A stretch of DNA of 64,000 nucleotides, from the IMG/VR virus record IMGVR_UViG_3300038443_001768. One strand, written 5' to 3'. Both the position numbers and the translations under genes were made by a program. Shown here piece by piece: positions 45,551 through 54,545 of this stretch. The stretch is from a virus. Under the pieces are notes generated by a model. The model saw only the letters and a program-made list of their open reading frames with translations. It made no database searches and was not told where the DNA came from. Each line of letters begins with the position of its first letter. Position 1 is the first letter of the stretch.

Positions 45551-45817
45551 ATGCAGGACAGTCGTTGGTACCCAACAGTGGTGACTGTGACACTTTACTG
45601 GGACGGCTTCACCGACCGTGATATCGAGATCCTCGAAGAGAGCGACTTCGAGGTCGTTCGCGAAAGCAACTACCTCGTCCTGGAGCGCACCGTGAGTGGA
45701 AACTGTGACGCCGTCGCTAACGCAGGCATGATACTGCGCGACGTCGAAGACGCCCTCGTAGTCCTCGATATCAGCGTCTTTGAGGTGTCGATCGTGGCGA
45801 GAAAGGCGGCCGTGTAA
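45551..45817 (+). CDS. Hypothetical protein
   Basis: AAGGAG RBS. Confidence 0.7.
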   Translation: MQDSRWYPTVVTVTLYWDGFTDRDIEILEESDFEVVRESNYLVLERTVSGNCDAVANAGMILRDVEDALVVLDISVFEVSIVARKAAV

Positions 45818-45899
45818 TGGTCTTCGTTGCGTTGGCGCTGGTAGTGCTCTTTATCGCGCTCTTCTGCGGGTTGCTTATCGCGATGATCGATCGGATGTC

Positions 45900-46583
45900 G
45901 TGATGCTCCCCGACGACCTCATCGAGCGGCTTCGAGACGGCGATGATCCGCTCCACATGGCGAAGAAGCTGCTCCGATCGGGACATGATCTCGGACGCCA
46001 CGATAAGAGCGCCGCCAACTGTCACGTCATCGGTCTCGACTCGATCGTGCTCTTCGACTTCGGCGGGCGCGGCATGATTCGCTACTACGACTACTCGATG
46101 CTCGACGGGTCACTGAGCAGCCTCTACAACGAGGACGGCGGCTTCACGATCGGTGTGCACAATCACCGCTACGAAATCGCCAAGATCCCACTCCTGGGCT
46201 GCTACGCCAACGTCACCACCGCGGTCGACGAGACCGACGGGCGCGGCCGAATGCTGCTGCATGAGCACGAATTCTCATCCGGGATCGACGGCGAGCTTGG
46301 AGTCACGTATCGCGACGCACGCCTGATGCGGCCCTTCGATGTCGAGGTCATGATGCCCGGCTCGTCGGTAATCATGCAGCCTGAGGATCTCCACACCGTT
46401 GTCGTGCCGCGCCGTCAGCGGGCCGCTTGGATGGTGATCGAGGGCTCGCGACGCGATGACATCACACCGCTCTTGTATTCGCCGACCAGAGACCTTGTAC
46501 TCAACTCCGATCACCTCTACCAGCCCATCCATGGTCGCGCTAAGTCGGCGATCGGCAAGCTCATTGAGGAGCTATCCGAGTGA
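45900..46583 (+). CDS. Cupin-like hypothetical protein
   Basis: NCHVIGLDSIV...GVHNHRYE...LHTVVV...AAWMVIEG. Confidence 0.65.
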   Translation: MMLPDDLIERLRDGDDPLHMAKKLLRSGHDLGRHDKSAANCHVIGLDSIVLFDFGGRGMIRYYDYSMLDGSLSSLYNEDGGFTIGVHNHRYEIAKIPLLGCYANVTTAVDETDGRGRMLLHEHEFSSGIDGELGVTYRDARLMRPFDVEVMMPGSSVIMQPEDLHTVVVPRRQRAAWMVIEGSRRDDITPLLYSPTRDLVLNSDHLYQPIHGRAKSAIGKLIEELSE

Positions 46584-47095
46584 CGCTCAGCGAGCACGTC
46601 TACACATTACGGCGCATCGTCTATCTGCTCATCCTGCTGCTGCCAACACCGCCGTCAATCATTTGGGGCAATTGGGGTAACGGTGATCTTCTCGTGATGG
46701 TAGCGTTGTTTTGCGGGATTATCGCGTTAGCGCTCTCAGGCCCACTGATCATGGAGACCTGGGATTTCTACGACGACGACCGCGCTCGCGCTATCGCCTC
46801 GCGTGGTCGTCGCTACAGTCGCGGGCGCGTCGTTGCTATCCCTGATCAAGACACCGTCAGGGTTGAACTCATCGAGCCCGATGCGGGGACAGGACGCGCC
46901 TGGTTGTGGCCGCTGTATCTGAAACCAGGACACTATACGCCCAACCACAACTATAGGATCTTCCGCACCGACGTCGAAGGTCAGGACGACGCTGCACTTG
47001 AGTACGCGACGGAGCTTCGTCAACAACTGCTGGCGCGTAACGCGCGGCCGGCACCGGAAGCACGAGCGCTAGCAAAGACCATCAACCGCGGTTGA
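46580..47095 (+). CDS. Membrane protein
   Basis: Two N-terminal hydrophobic segments. Confidence 0.7.
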   Translation: MTLSEHVYTLRRIVYLLILLLPTPPSIIWGNWGNGDLLVMVALFCGIIALALSGPLIMETWDFYDDDRARAIASRGRRYSRGRVVAIPDQDTVRVELIEPDAGTGRAWLWPLYLKPGHYTPNHNYRIFRTDVEGQDDAALEYATELRQQLLARNARPAPEARALAKTINRG

Positions 47096-47120
47096 CAGCA
47101 ACCGACGAATCTGGGACAAT
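47092..47120 (+). promoter_or_regulatory. Sigma70-type promoter (leaderless)
   Basis: TTGACA-N17-GACAAT-N7-ATG. Confidence 0.7.
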
Positions 47121-47127
47121 ACACCGA

Positions 47128-47502
47128 ATGACTACAACGAAGACTCCCGTCGATCTCTGGGTCGAAGCCCTAGAGAGCGACGAGTTCCAGCAAACCACCT
47201 GCGTCCTCACCGACAAGGACGACAAGGACTGCTGCCTAGGCGTCGCCTGTAAGGTTTACCAGCGCGAAGTGGGCGGCCTCACACTCTCCAGCGACGCATC
47301 CGGATCAGTACTGTACGACGGCAATGTAGGCACACTCCCGGAGGTGGTTCGTGACTGGTTCGGCCTCGCTTCCGCAGAAGGCGAGTACGTCGATGACGGC
47401 GGCTACTCACAAGCCTTGACCGGCGACAACGACGACCGCGGCTATACGTTCAAGGAGATCGCTGCTATCATCCGCGACCGCCCGGAGGGGCTCTTTCGAT
47501 GA
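47128..47502 (+). CDS. Conserved phage protein
   Basis: WVEALES..F.Q...CCLGVAC...ND...TFKEIA.II. Confidence 0.8.
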   Translation: MTTTKTPVDLWVEALESDEFQQTTCVLTDKDDKDCCLGVACKVYQREVGGLTLSSDASGSVLYDGNVGTLPEVVRDWFGLASAEGEYVDDGGYSQALTGDNDDRGYTFKEIAAIIRDRPEGLFR

Positions 47503-48104
47503 GCGAAGCAGTACTTGATTTGACGGAGTTCAACTTCGTTCCGTGGCCGAAGATCGCGCGCCTGAATCGCGAGACCATCATCACGGAGAAGATCGACGGC
47601 ACGAACGCAGCGATCCAGATCCTCGACGACGGCCGCGTTGGCGCACAGTCGCGGAAGCGGCTCATCACGCCCGAGGCCGACAACTTCGGCTTCGCGCGCT
47701 GGGTGATGGAGCACGCGGACGAGCTTCGTGACGGCCTCGGTCCAGGCGTGCATTTCGGTGAGTGGTGGGGCTCTGGTATCCAGCGCGGCTACGGACTCCA
47801 GAACGGTGAGAAGCGTTTCTCGCTCTTCAATACCTCGCGATGGAACGACGACAACACACCGGACTGCGTCGGCGTGGTGCCGGTTCTGAGAACGCTCGAT
47901 CGCCTCGACGCGGTCGCGATCGATGACGTAGTTCAGTTCCTGCGTGTCAACGGATCGGTCGCAGCGCCAGGCTTCATGAACCCCGAGGGCGTCGTGGCCT
48001 TTCACGTTCCCGGCCGCACGTTCTACAAGGTGCTGCTGGCAAACGACCACATCCCAAAGGGCGCTGACGCGCACGTCGACTACTCGACCGAGGCGCCGCA
48101 GTGA
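47499..48104 (+). CDS. RNA ligase (Rnl2-like nucleotidyltransferase)
   Basis: ITEKIDGTNA (motif I), QSRKR, FGEWWGSGIQ, FSLFN, PEGVV. Confidence 0.88.
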   Translation: MSEAVLDLTEFNFVPWPKIARLNRETIITEKIDGTNAAIQILDDGRVGAQSRKRLITPEADNFGFARWVMEHADELRDGLGPGVHFGEWWGSGIQRGYGLQNGEKRFSLFNTSRWNDDNTPDCVGVVPVLRTLDRLDAVAIDDVVQFLRVNGSVAAPGFMNPEGVVAFHVPGRTFYKVLLANDHIPKGADAHVDYSTEAPQ

Positions 48105-48307
48105 CGAAGCGCCTCAGCGAGGAGCGTAGGGTTCGCCTGGACGGATCGTCGGTCTACAAGCTCGGAGACCTCGAAGACCTCATCCAACGCGCCTACGACA
48201 GCGGCGCTGGTCGTGACGCGAACGTCAACGTGCAGTACTCGCCGCCCGGCGAGAACTCGGCATCGCGTGCGTCTCTGGTCGTATTTTGGCACGAGGTGAC
48301 GGCGTGA
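48101..48307 (+). CDS. Hypothetical protein
   Basis: GTGA overlap. Confidence 0.65.
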   Translation: MTKRLSEERRVRLDGSSVYKLGDLEDLIQRAYDSGAGRDANVNVQYSPPGENSASRASLVVFWHEVTA

Positions 48308-48546
48308 GCACGCGCTCACAACGCTCGCCGGCCTACGAGGCGCGCGTAGCTGAAATGTCAGTCGAGGAGGCGCGCGAGGAAGTTCTACGCCTCCACGACA
48401 AACTGTTGCGTTATCGGACGCGCGCCGAGCGCGCCGAGGACCGCTACCTACGACTCGCGCCGCACGTGCACGCGATGGCCTATGCGATCGGCATCACTGA
48501 CGTTCCTCAGCGAGACGATGTCATCCAGATCTACCCAGGACACTAA
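48304..48546 (+). CDS. Hypothetical protein
   Basis: GTGA overlap. Confidence 0.6.
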   Translation: MSTRSQRSPAYEARVAEMSVEEAREEVLRLHDKLLRYRTRAERAEDRYLRLAPHVHAMAYAIGITDVPQRDDVIQIYPGH

Positions 48547-48556
48547 GGAGGAAGAT

Positions 48557-48955
48557 TTGAGCGACACCGTGACCCTCTTCTGCGAAGAGGGACAACACGA
48601 CTGGGAACGCGAACGCAAGCGCGGAAAGGCACCCAAGAACTGCCCCAACCACCAACCGAGCCGCGCCAAGCTGTCTCCCGAAGAGGCGCAGCGACGCCGC
48701 CAAGAGGGCCGCGCGCGCGCCAAGGCCGAGCGCGACGTCGCCGGCATCGCACGAGTACTTGAGTTCTCCGAGTACCTGAAGCGAGACGCAGAACTCTTCG
48801 CAGCCTTTGAGGCCGGCTTCATCAAGCGCCACGAGTACGTTCGGCGGCGCGGCCCGATGCCGCCTACGCCGAGCGGCCCCGACTACTCGGCCGCCCGCGA
48901 GGCAGGTGTCTATCGAGGCGCGTCGGCGGAGGACAATGAACTCATCGCGGCGTAG
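48557..48955 (+). CDS. Hypothetical protein with Zn-binding/basic N-terminus
   Basis: C...H.W...RGKAPKNCPNH; AAGGAGG RBS. Confidence 0.7.
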   Translation: MSDTVTLFCEEGQHDWERERKRGKAPKNCPNHQPSRAKLSPEEAQRRRQEGRARAKAERDVAGIARVLEFSEYLKRDAELFAAFEAGFIKRHEYVRRRGPMPPTPSGPDYSAAREAGVYRGASAEDNELIAA

Positions 48956-49148
48956 TCTCAAGATCAGGCAGGCCACGACGAGATTCGACATCCTGCCGAC
49001 CTTGTACGGGTTCGAGGTCATCGATCGCGACGGCCGTACGGTCGCCGAAACCGACACTCGCGCCGAGGCCGAGACCCTGTGCCATGACCTCGACGACGCG
49101 GCCTTCGTCGGCCGGTCAGCGTTGGCCGACACGATCGCCCGCCTGTAG
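48936..49148 (+). CDS. Hypothetical protein
   Basis: ORF in operon. Confidence 0.6.
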   Translation: MNSSRRSLKIRQATTRFDILPTLYGFEVIDRDGRTVAETDTRAEAETLCHDLDDAAFVGRSALADTIARL

Positions 49149-49152
49149 GTCC

Positions 49153-49370
49153 ATACCCCCTAGGGGTACCAGAAGTAACTGAGCCAAATCTGAGCGATTC
49201 AAGTGGGTCACATCTCTAGAACCCAAGCCGCAGAGCCGAAAATTCAGGGGTGGGGGTATCGAAATCTCGGCGGCGGTCGTTCAAGTGGGTCGAATGTGGG
49301 TAAAAAATTTGGCTCTAGAATGCGGCGATTGACCACTTGACTCCTGGGGACCCTATAGAGGGTCCCAGGA
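49153..49370. repeat. Repeat module B (twin of 5464-5648) plus palindromes
   Basis: TTCAAGTGGGTC at 49198 and 49280; TTTGGCTCTA at 49308; CTCCTGGGGACCCT-ATAG-AGGGTCCCAGGAG at 49341-49371. Confidence 0.85.
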
Positions 49371-49498
49371 GGTGGTGAGAGCCGGTCAGGCGAGGCCTGT
49401 AATTCGATCTCCACCGAAACCCATACAGACACCCTCCCGAGGCTAGGAATCAATTTCAGGGCGGCGCAAACGCCCGCAGCGACGACGCAAAGGACTAT

Positions 49499-49798
49499 AT
49501 GAGCACACCTAGATACAAGATCCCCCGCGACCGGCTCGTCAGGATGATCGATGAAGCCGCGCGCGCCGCGGGCGTCGGTCCCGCCGAGCACTCGAAGCTG
49601 TCCGTCGTCGCCGCCACAACCGCGGCGGTCATGGTGGGCAATTTCGTCGACATCTGCGATTGCCCGTGGCGGCAGGCCATGGGAACCGCGAAGGGCGGCG
49701 GGGGGTTCGCCAAGAACTTCGACCGCCTCGCCGACGTCTACGTAGTTGCCGCCAAGACGCGCTGCGCTTCTGCGTTCTACGTCCTGGAGACCGAATAG
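49499..49798 (+). CDS. Hypothetical protein
   Basis: AAAGGA RBS. Confidence 0.7.
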   Translation: MSTPRYKIPRDRLVRMIDEAARAAGVGPAEHSKLSVVAATTAAVMVGNFVDICDCPWRQAMGTAKGGGGFAKNFDRLADVYVVAAKTRCASAFYVLETE

Positions 49799-50530
49799 TT
49801 GCCTAAGATCCTCGCCACCGCCGACCTGCATGGGACGCTACCCGAGATCCCGGACTGCGACGTACTGATCATCGCGGGCGACGTCTGCCCCGACCATCCG
49901 ATCGGCAAGAAGGAGCGTTACAGCCTGCCCGACAACGGTTCGGACTTTCAGCTTGATTGGCTGGACCAGTCGTTCCGGCCGTGGCTGAGCGATCTCGGTG
50001 AGCGCGGCATTCGCGTCATCGGCATCGCCGGCAATCACGACTTCGTCTTCGAGCGCCTGGCTGAGGCGGTCGACAATCTGTTCTTGCCGTGGACGTACCT
50101 CCGCGACGAAGGCACTTTGATCGGCGACATCTCCGTGTGGGGAACGCCATGGGTGCCGGGTCTCCCAAGGTGGGCCTTCCATGGTACGGAGCGCGCGCTT
50201 GAGCTTCGCCTCGACGTCATTCCGTCCGACGTGGACATCTTGATCGCTCACGGCCCGCCCTACGGGATCTTGGACTTCGTCGCGCCGCAGTTCGGATCGC
50301 TCCATGTCGGTGATCGAGCCTTGCGCGAGCGGCTCGTCTCTGGTAGGCTGCGTCCACGCGTCGTGGTCTGCGGGCACATCCACGAGCAATACGGGATCGA
50401 TTACGTGCGACACGCCAACGGCGATACCACCACGGTCCTCAACGTATCCCACAACACGGAGAACTACGAGCCCGTCAACCCTGTGGTTGAGATCTACGAG
50501 TTCTCTCACCTAGAGGAGGAAGCAGCTTGA
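49799..50530 (+). CDS. Calcineurin-like metallophosphoesterase
   Basis: DLHG, AGD, GNHD, HGPP, GHIHE motifs. Confidence 0.9.
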   Translation: MPKILATADLHGTLPEIPDCDVLIIAGDVCPDHPIGKKERYSLPDNGSDFQLDWLDQSFRPWLSDLGERGIRVIGIAGNHDFVFERLAEAVDNLFLPWTYLRDEGTLIGDISVWGTPWVPGLPRWAFHGTERALELRLDVIPSDVDILIAHGPPYGILDFVAPQFGSLHVGDRALRERLVSGRLRPRVVVCGHIHEQYGIDYVRHANGDTTTVLNVSHNTENYEPVNPVVEIYEFSHLEEEAA

Positions 50531-50973
50531 GCACAATCACATGGACGAGCCGGTGCGGCATCGAGAACAGCGCCAAGGTAGTCGCGGCCCCGAACGGCGA
50601 AGCAGTGTTCGACGTCCTCGGCAGTGGGCGCGCCTACACGAACATCACCCCAGAGGCGGCCGCCGAGATCATCGCCGCATTCAGAGAGGTCTTCCCTGGC
50701 GTTGATGACGACAACTACTACGTTACCGTTCACTGGACCGACAACCCCAAGATCGGGGTGCACGCCGGCCGACAGGAAGACATGAGCGTCGGCCCCGAGC
50801 ATGCCTCCCACGAGGAAGCTGCACTAGCCCGTGCACGCGAGTTGCTCTCGTTCCGTGACGGCCATTTCACCCACTTCGATGTCAGGCACCGCGGCGTTGT
50901 CAAGAAGTTCAAGAACACGTCCCACCTCCCGCCCGTAGAGTTCGTGTACTCGTTCGAAGAGGTCTCCGCATGA
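50527..50973 (+). CDS. Hypothetical protein
   Basis: GAGGAGG RBS, TTG start. Confidence 0.7.
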   Translation: MSTITWTSRCGIENSAKVVAAPNGEAVFDVLGSGRAYTNITPEAAAEIIAAFREVFPGVDDDNYYVTVHWTDNPKIGVHAGRQEDMSVGPEHASHEEAALARARELLSFRDGHFTHFDVRHRGVVKKFKNTSHLPPVEFVYSFEEVSA

Positions 50974-51422
50974 GCGGCTACGACGACTGGGGGCGTAGCC
51001 CCCGCCGCGACACCGCCCACGGCCTCGGCTATCTCCTGGCCTGGGCCGTCGGGATCGCGCTCATCGTGGGCGTCGTCTCGGCCGGCGTCTGGTATTTTGG
51101 CGTCGCGACATCAGATGTGAAGGGACGCGGCGACGCCACCAAGGTCCACAACTCGGCCACCAACCGGATCTTCGCGCAGCAGCACTTCGAGGATCTCTAC
51201 GCCGGTATCACCGATCGCGACGTGCCGAACCTGAAGTCGGCCCGCGCGGCGCTGAAGCGCGATCCGCACGACCAGGCCCTCCAGACCAACATGACGGGCG
51301 TCCAGCAGATCTGCAACCAGGACGTCGCCGACTACAACGCCAGCGCGCGAAAGTTCCTTGAGCGCGACTTCAAGGCGGCCGATCTGCCGCCCCGCATCGA
51401 TCCCGTCGCTACCTGCGAGTAG
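50970..51422 (+). CDS. Single-pass membrane protein
   Basis: TM helix; ...VADYNASARKF...DLP..ID. Confidence 0.8.
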   Translation: MSGYDDWGRSPRRDTAHGLGYLLAWAVGIALIVGVVSAGVWYFGVATSDVKGRGDATKVHNSATNRIFAQQHFEDLYAGITDRDVPNLKSARAALKRDPHDQALQTNMTGVQQICNQDVADYNASARKFLERDFKAADLPPRIDPVATCE

Positions 51423-51436
51423 CGAGAAAGGACATC

Positions 51437-52003
51437 ATGTACAGAATCAAGAACATCCTGAAGTACGCGTCGGTCGCCGCTGTAGCGGTGCTCGTCGGAT
51501 GCGGGTTCGCCGCCATCGCCGAGAAGCCCGACTATCAGCAGCAGATGGAGGACCAGTCCGGCCGCCTCGCCGAGGCCATGACGAAGGCGGTCCCGTACCC
51601 GGAGACCGCGATGCGCGACTCCCTGGAGCGTCGGCAGTTGAGTGACCGCCTCCAGCGCTTCAATAAGCCCAACAAGATCGGCTACCTCTACGTGTTCGAG
51701 ATGGGCTCGCGCGAGCCGGTCGGGTACTACGTCGTGCGTGGCAAGATCTCATCGGTGCAGTCGCAGATGACGAATCCTGTGCAGACCTGGAACCACAAGT
51801 GCTCGTCCTCGCAGGGCGCGTGTGCCTACCTGGGTTCCGCGGAGTCGATCGGCGATGACGGCTCCTTCGGACCCAACGAGGGCGGTGACCGAGGCATCTT
51901 CTTCTTCGATTCCAAGGGAGCGCTCCATGAGACCGTGCAGGATTGGCACTACTCGGACGCCCCGATCGAGGTCTGGAAGGACGCCCCCAACCTGGGGTCG
52001 TGA
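51437..52003 (+). CDS. Secreted/lipoprotein-type phage protein
   Basis: Signal peptide with LVGC; SLERRQL...GYLY...GKISS...DGSFG...GIFFF. Confidence 0.8.
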   Translation: MYRIKNILKYASVAAVAVLVGCGFAAIAEKPDYQQQMEDQSGRLAEAMTKAVPYPETAMRDSLERRQLSDRLQRFNKPNKIGYLYVFEMGSREPVGYYVVRGKISSVQSQMTNPVQTWNHKCSSSQGACAYLGSAESIGDDGSFGPNEGGDRGIFFFDSKGALHETVQDWHYSDAPIEVWKDAPNLGS

Positions 52004-52251
52004 TGACCAACTACAGCGTCCTCATTCTGAACTACCCGCACGACAAGGGCTCATGGACACGGGTAGCGCGGATGGCGTGCTCGCCGTTGCAGGCGGCGCG
52101 TGATCGTTGCGAACTACTGCGTGATGACGCTCAGGGGTTGCTGCGCGCAGACACTTTCCCTGTTCTGGTGACCTGGGACGAGGGAGACGAGCCCCGCGCG
52201 GAGTTGTTCGAACTCAAGCGCATCACGACGCCGCGCTGGGAAGTCGACTGA
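52003..52251 (+). CDS. Hypothetical protein
   Basis: TGATG overlap. Confidence 0.65.
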   Translation: MTNYSVLILNYPHDKGSWTRVARMACSPLQAARDRCELLRDDAQGLLRADTFPVLVTWDEGDEPRAELFELKRITTPRWEVD

Positions 52252-52320
52252 ACGCGCAGCACAACGAACCCTCCGCCGCCATGACTTCGGGCGGCGGGGC
52301 GGCTTCTTGGAGCGGACTAG

Positions 52321-52566
52321 ATGACGGAACCCACGAATACGGACGCGGAAACACAGGATGGCTCCCAGCATGAAACAGTCGTGTACTACGCGGTCGAGGC
52401 CTACGAGATCTTCGCTGCTTCGGGACGAACAGGGCTCGCCTTGTGGCTGGCGGCAGCGCCGGACTCCCAAGATCGTCGCCTCCGCAAGCACGCAGCATTC
52501 GCTTACATGTATGGATGTAGTGCCGGCGAGCGGCGGCAGTTGTTTGCGAAGCGCTTTGAGCAGTGA
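52321..52566 (+). CDS. Hypothetical protein
   Basis: ORF in operon. Confidence 0.55.
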   Translation: MTEPTNTDAETQDGSQHETVVYYAVEAYEIFAASGRTGLALWLAAAPDSQDRRLRKHAAFAYMYGCSAGERRQLFAKRFEQ

Positions 52567-52709
52567 TGTCGACTACGGAATCTGTGACGCGCAGCGAGAG
52601 GTCGTACCCACCCAGGGCTTGCCGCTACACTTAGACACGCTGAGTGAATGCTTTCACTCATCTGTGATCTGGTACGACAAGCATGGCGTCCAACTCCACG
52701 GAGAGCATC

Positions 52710-52934
52710 ATGTCTAAAGTGACCAGGCTCGACGACTATCAGATTGAGATTGACGTGCACGACGACGGGTCGTGGCCGTTCGTGAATCTGTCTCGTCATC
52801 CCGACGGCTCGCTAGAAATCCACGTCGACAGCGGCGATGGTCTTGGGGCACCCGACGCCTGCACCGAAGCTGAAGTCGTCATTGACGCCAAGGCCGCACG
52901 CGCGCTGCGACGCTTTCTGAAGCGGACCGAATGA
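52710..52934 (+). CDS. Hypothetical protein
   Basis: GGAG RBS; similar style to 41823-42092. Confidence 0.65.
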   Translation: MSKVTRLDDYQIEIDVHDDGSWPFVNLSRHPDGSLEIHVDSGDGLGAPDACTEAEVVIDAKAARALRRFLKRTE

Positions 52935-53060
52935 TCTGCGCGCGCTGTAAGATCACATGGCGCGCCCTTTGGTCGTGGTGCCCAGGCCGATGCCCTTCGC
53001 CGCGCCCAGAGGCGGAGGCCGCGGTGTTCATGAACGGACTCTGGCGCTGCGGTGAGTTGC

Positions 53061-53089
53061 TTGACAACAGTAAAAGCGCTGTGTAGCTT
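53061..53089 (+). promoter_or_regulatory. Sigma70-type promoter (leaderless)
   Basis: TTGACA-N17-TAGCTT-N6-ATG. Confidence 0.8.
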
Positions 53090-53095
53090 ACCGCT

Positions 53096-53407
53096 ATGAG
53101 GTACTGCCGAAAGTGTGGCCTTCAGCTACGTCCCAGCGATGTCTTCACGCTCGACCCTGATGATCAACGTCTAGGCTTGTGTGTGAGTACCTCGCGCTGC
53201 GCCCGCCGTGCACGCCAAGGCAAGTACCGAGAGAACCTGGATCGCTTGTTTCCGCCGTCGATTGATGAGAAGCTGCGTGTGATCGAGCAGCGCCTGATCG
53301 CTGATTGCGAGCCGGTCCTTGACCACGCGTTCCAAGATCAGGAACACCTCGATCGCATTTATCGTCTCGCCCGTGACGGACGCCGCTTGGTGCGTTCGTG
53401 CTGGTGA
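53096..53407 (+). CDS. Zn-binding hypothetical protein
   Basis: CRKC...C...RC. Confidence 0.7.
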   Translation: MRYCRKCGLQLRPSDVFTLDPDDQRLGLCVSTSRCARRARQGKYRENLDRLFPPSIDEKLRVIEQRLIADCEPVLDHAFQDQEHLDRIYRLARDGRRLVRSCW

Positions 53408-53616
53408 GGGTCGTCCCACAAGGAGGCATTTTGTATTCACCGTCAGGTGGTTCGATCGTCGACATGAACTCCATCATGTCGATCAAGGACCAACACACGA
53501 TCTCGAACGCCGCCATCGAGGCCTACGCGGGCAACCATGTCGCCGCCGAGCGCCACCGCTGCTTCGCCGGCTACGACATCGGCGTCCTGGACAACGAACG
53601 TCTGGAGGGTCGCTGA
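53398..53616 (+). CDS. Hypothetical protein
   Basis: ORF in operon. Confidence 0.55.
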   Translation: MLVRVVPQGGILYSPSGGSIVDMNSIMSIKDQHTISNAAIEAYAGNHVAAERHRCFAGYDIGVLDNERLEGR

Positions 53617-53779
53617 TGTTGGCGGCCATTGTTGAACACGCCGCGCTGGGTTCGATCTTCGCATCAACAGGTGCCTGCCTTCGCGGCCAGTGTGATCACC
53701 TCCATCACAAGCTCATGCTGGGCGCGGCCGCAATCCTCGCTGAGGCCATCGTCATGGTCTCCTTGATCGGCTGATCGCA

Positions 53780-54007
53780 GTGGATGAGTTCGCCTTCAAC
53801 CCGAAGGACTATCAGCGGGTCTTCTTGCCTGCTCTGTTGTCGGAGGCGTTCTCGATCTCACGCAACGAGGCACGCAGGATCGTCGAGCAGCGTGGCCTGC
53901 GCATCGACGGTACGACGTTTGCGGGGTTGGACTGCGCGGTCATCGACATCGACGGCCGCGTGGGCCAGATCGGTAAGAAGCGTTTCGTTCGGCCGGTATA
54001 CCAGTGA
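53780..54007 (+). CDS. Stand-alone S4-like RNA-binding domain (TyrRS C-terminal type)
   Basis: LPALL...SRNEARRIVEQRGLRIDG...QIGKKRFVR. Confidence 0.8.
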   Translation: MDEFAFNPKDYQRVFLPALLSEAFSISRNEARRIVEQRGLRIDGTTFAGLDCAVIDIDGRVGQIGKKRFVRPVYQ

Positions 54008-54258
54008 AGGCTGCCCTCAGCGGCTTTTTGACCGTCGTGTCCTTGATCGTGGCCATCATGGTGGTGGGTTATCTTGGCTCGCGCCCGTCGCCGGCCTTGA
54101 CGCCTATGCCGCCACCACTGACCAAGACCGCAGCGCTGAAGGCGCTGCGCCGGGCGTGCTACCACGAGGGCGGTATCAAGTCCGTCTCATCCTACCCCGG
54201 GGAGAGCACGGCAGAGTGCCGGTCAGGGCTCGTGATCAAGTTGGGCGTGTCGAAGTGA
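54004..54258 (+). CDS. Membrane-anchored small protein
   Basis: N-terminal TM helix; C...C pair. Confidence 0.7.
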   Translation: MKAALSGFLTVVSLIVAIMVVGYLGSRPSPALTPMPPPLTKTAALKALRRACYHEGGIKSVSSYPGESTAECRSGLVIKLGVSK

Positions 54259-54545
54259 CGCCTGAGCCCGACGCGCCGTTCTCGGAGGTTTGGATGCGGC
54301 GTTGAGTACACAGGTGAGCTTGGCGACGCAGCCTACTGGAATGTCGACCCGGATCGCACGTATCAGGCGCGGACGTTGGGTCAGAATACCTGACCAGTGG
54401 CGCGGCAACACGACGCATCCACAGACGATCCGCAAGCGCCAATCTAAGGGTCTCCGTAAACACCGCCGTGGGCGGCCTTACGAACAAAGGTGGCTTCGGA
54501 CGGCTCCGCAGGAACGCTGGGGGACTAAGATCGAGGACTTTGTCG

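Larger units (their letters stand above)
20544..46577 (+). repeat. Dispersed polarised motif GAGCTATCC (21 exact copies)
   Basis: Starts: 20544, 20718, 20895, 21426, 21894, 22126, 22297, 22622, 23073, 23496, 24036, 24711, 26311, 26970, 29353, 30832, 32591, 35608, 36562, 42777, 46569. Confidence 0.92.

Noticed and set aside
20544-46577. GAGCTATCC as antisense to the tRNA D-arm start (TAGCTC; E. coli tRNA-Phe contains GGATAGCTC)
   Set aside because: The target is base-paired in folded tRNA, the host tRNA sequences are unknown, and a 9-nt match to some tRNA is unsurprising; curiosity only
49371-49415. Small tRNA/SRP-like hairpin (GGTGG...TTCGATCTCCACC)
   Set aside because: Too short, with no cloverleaf or SRP domain IV motif; insufficient support
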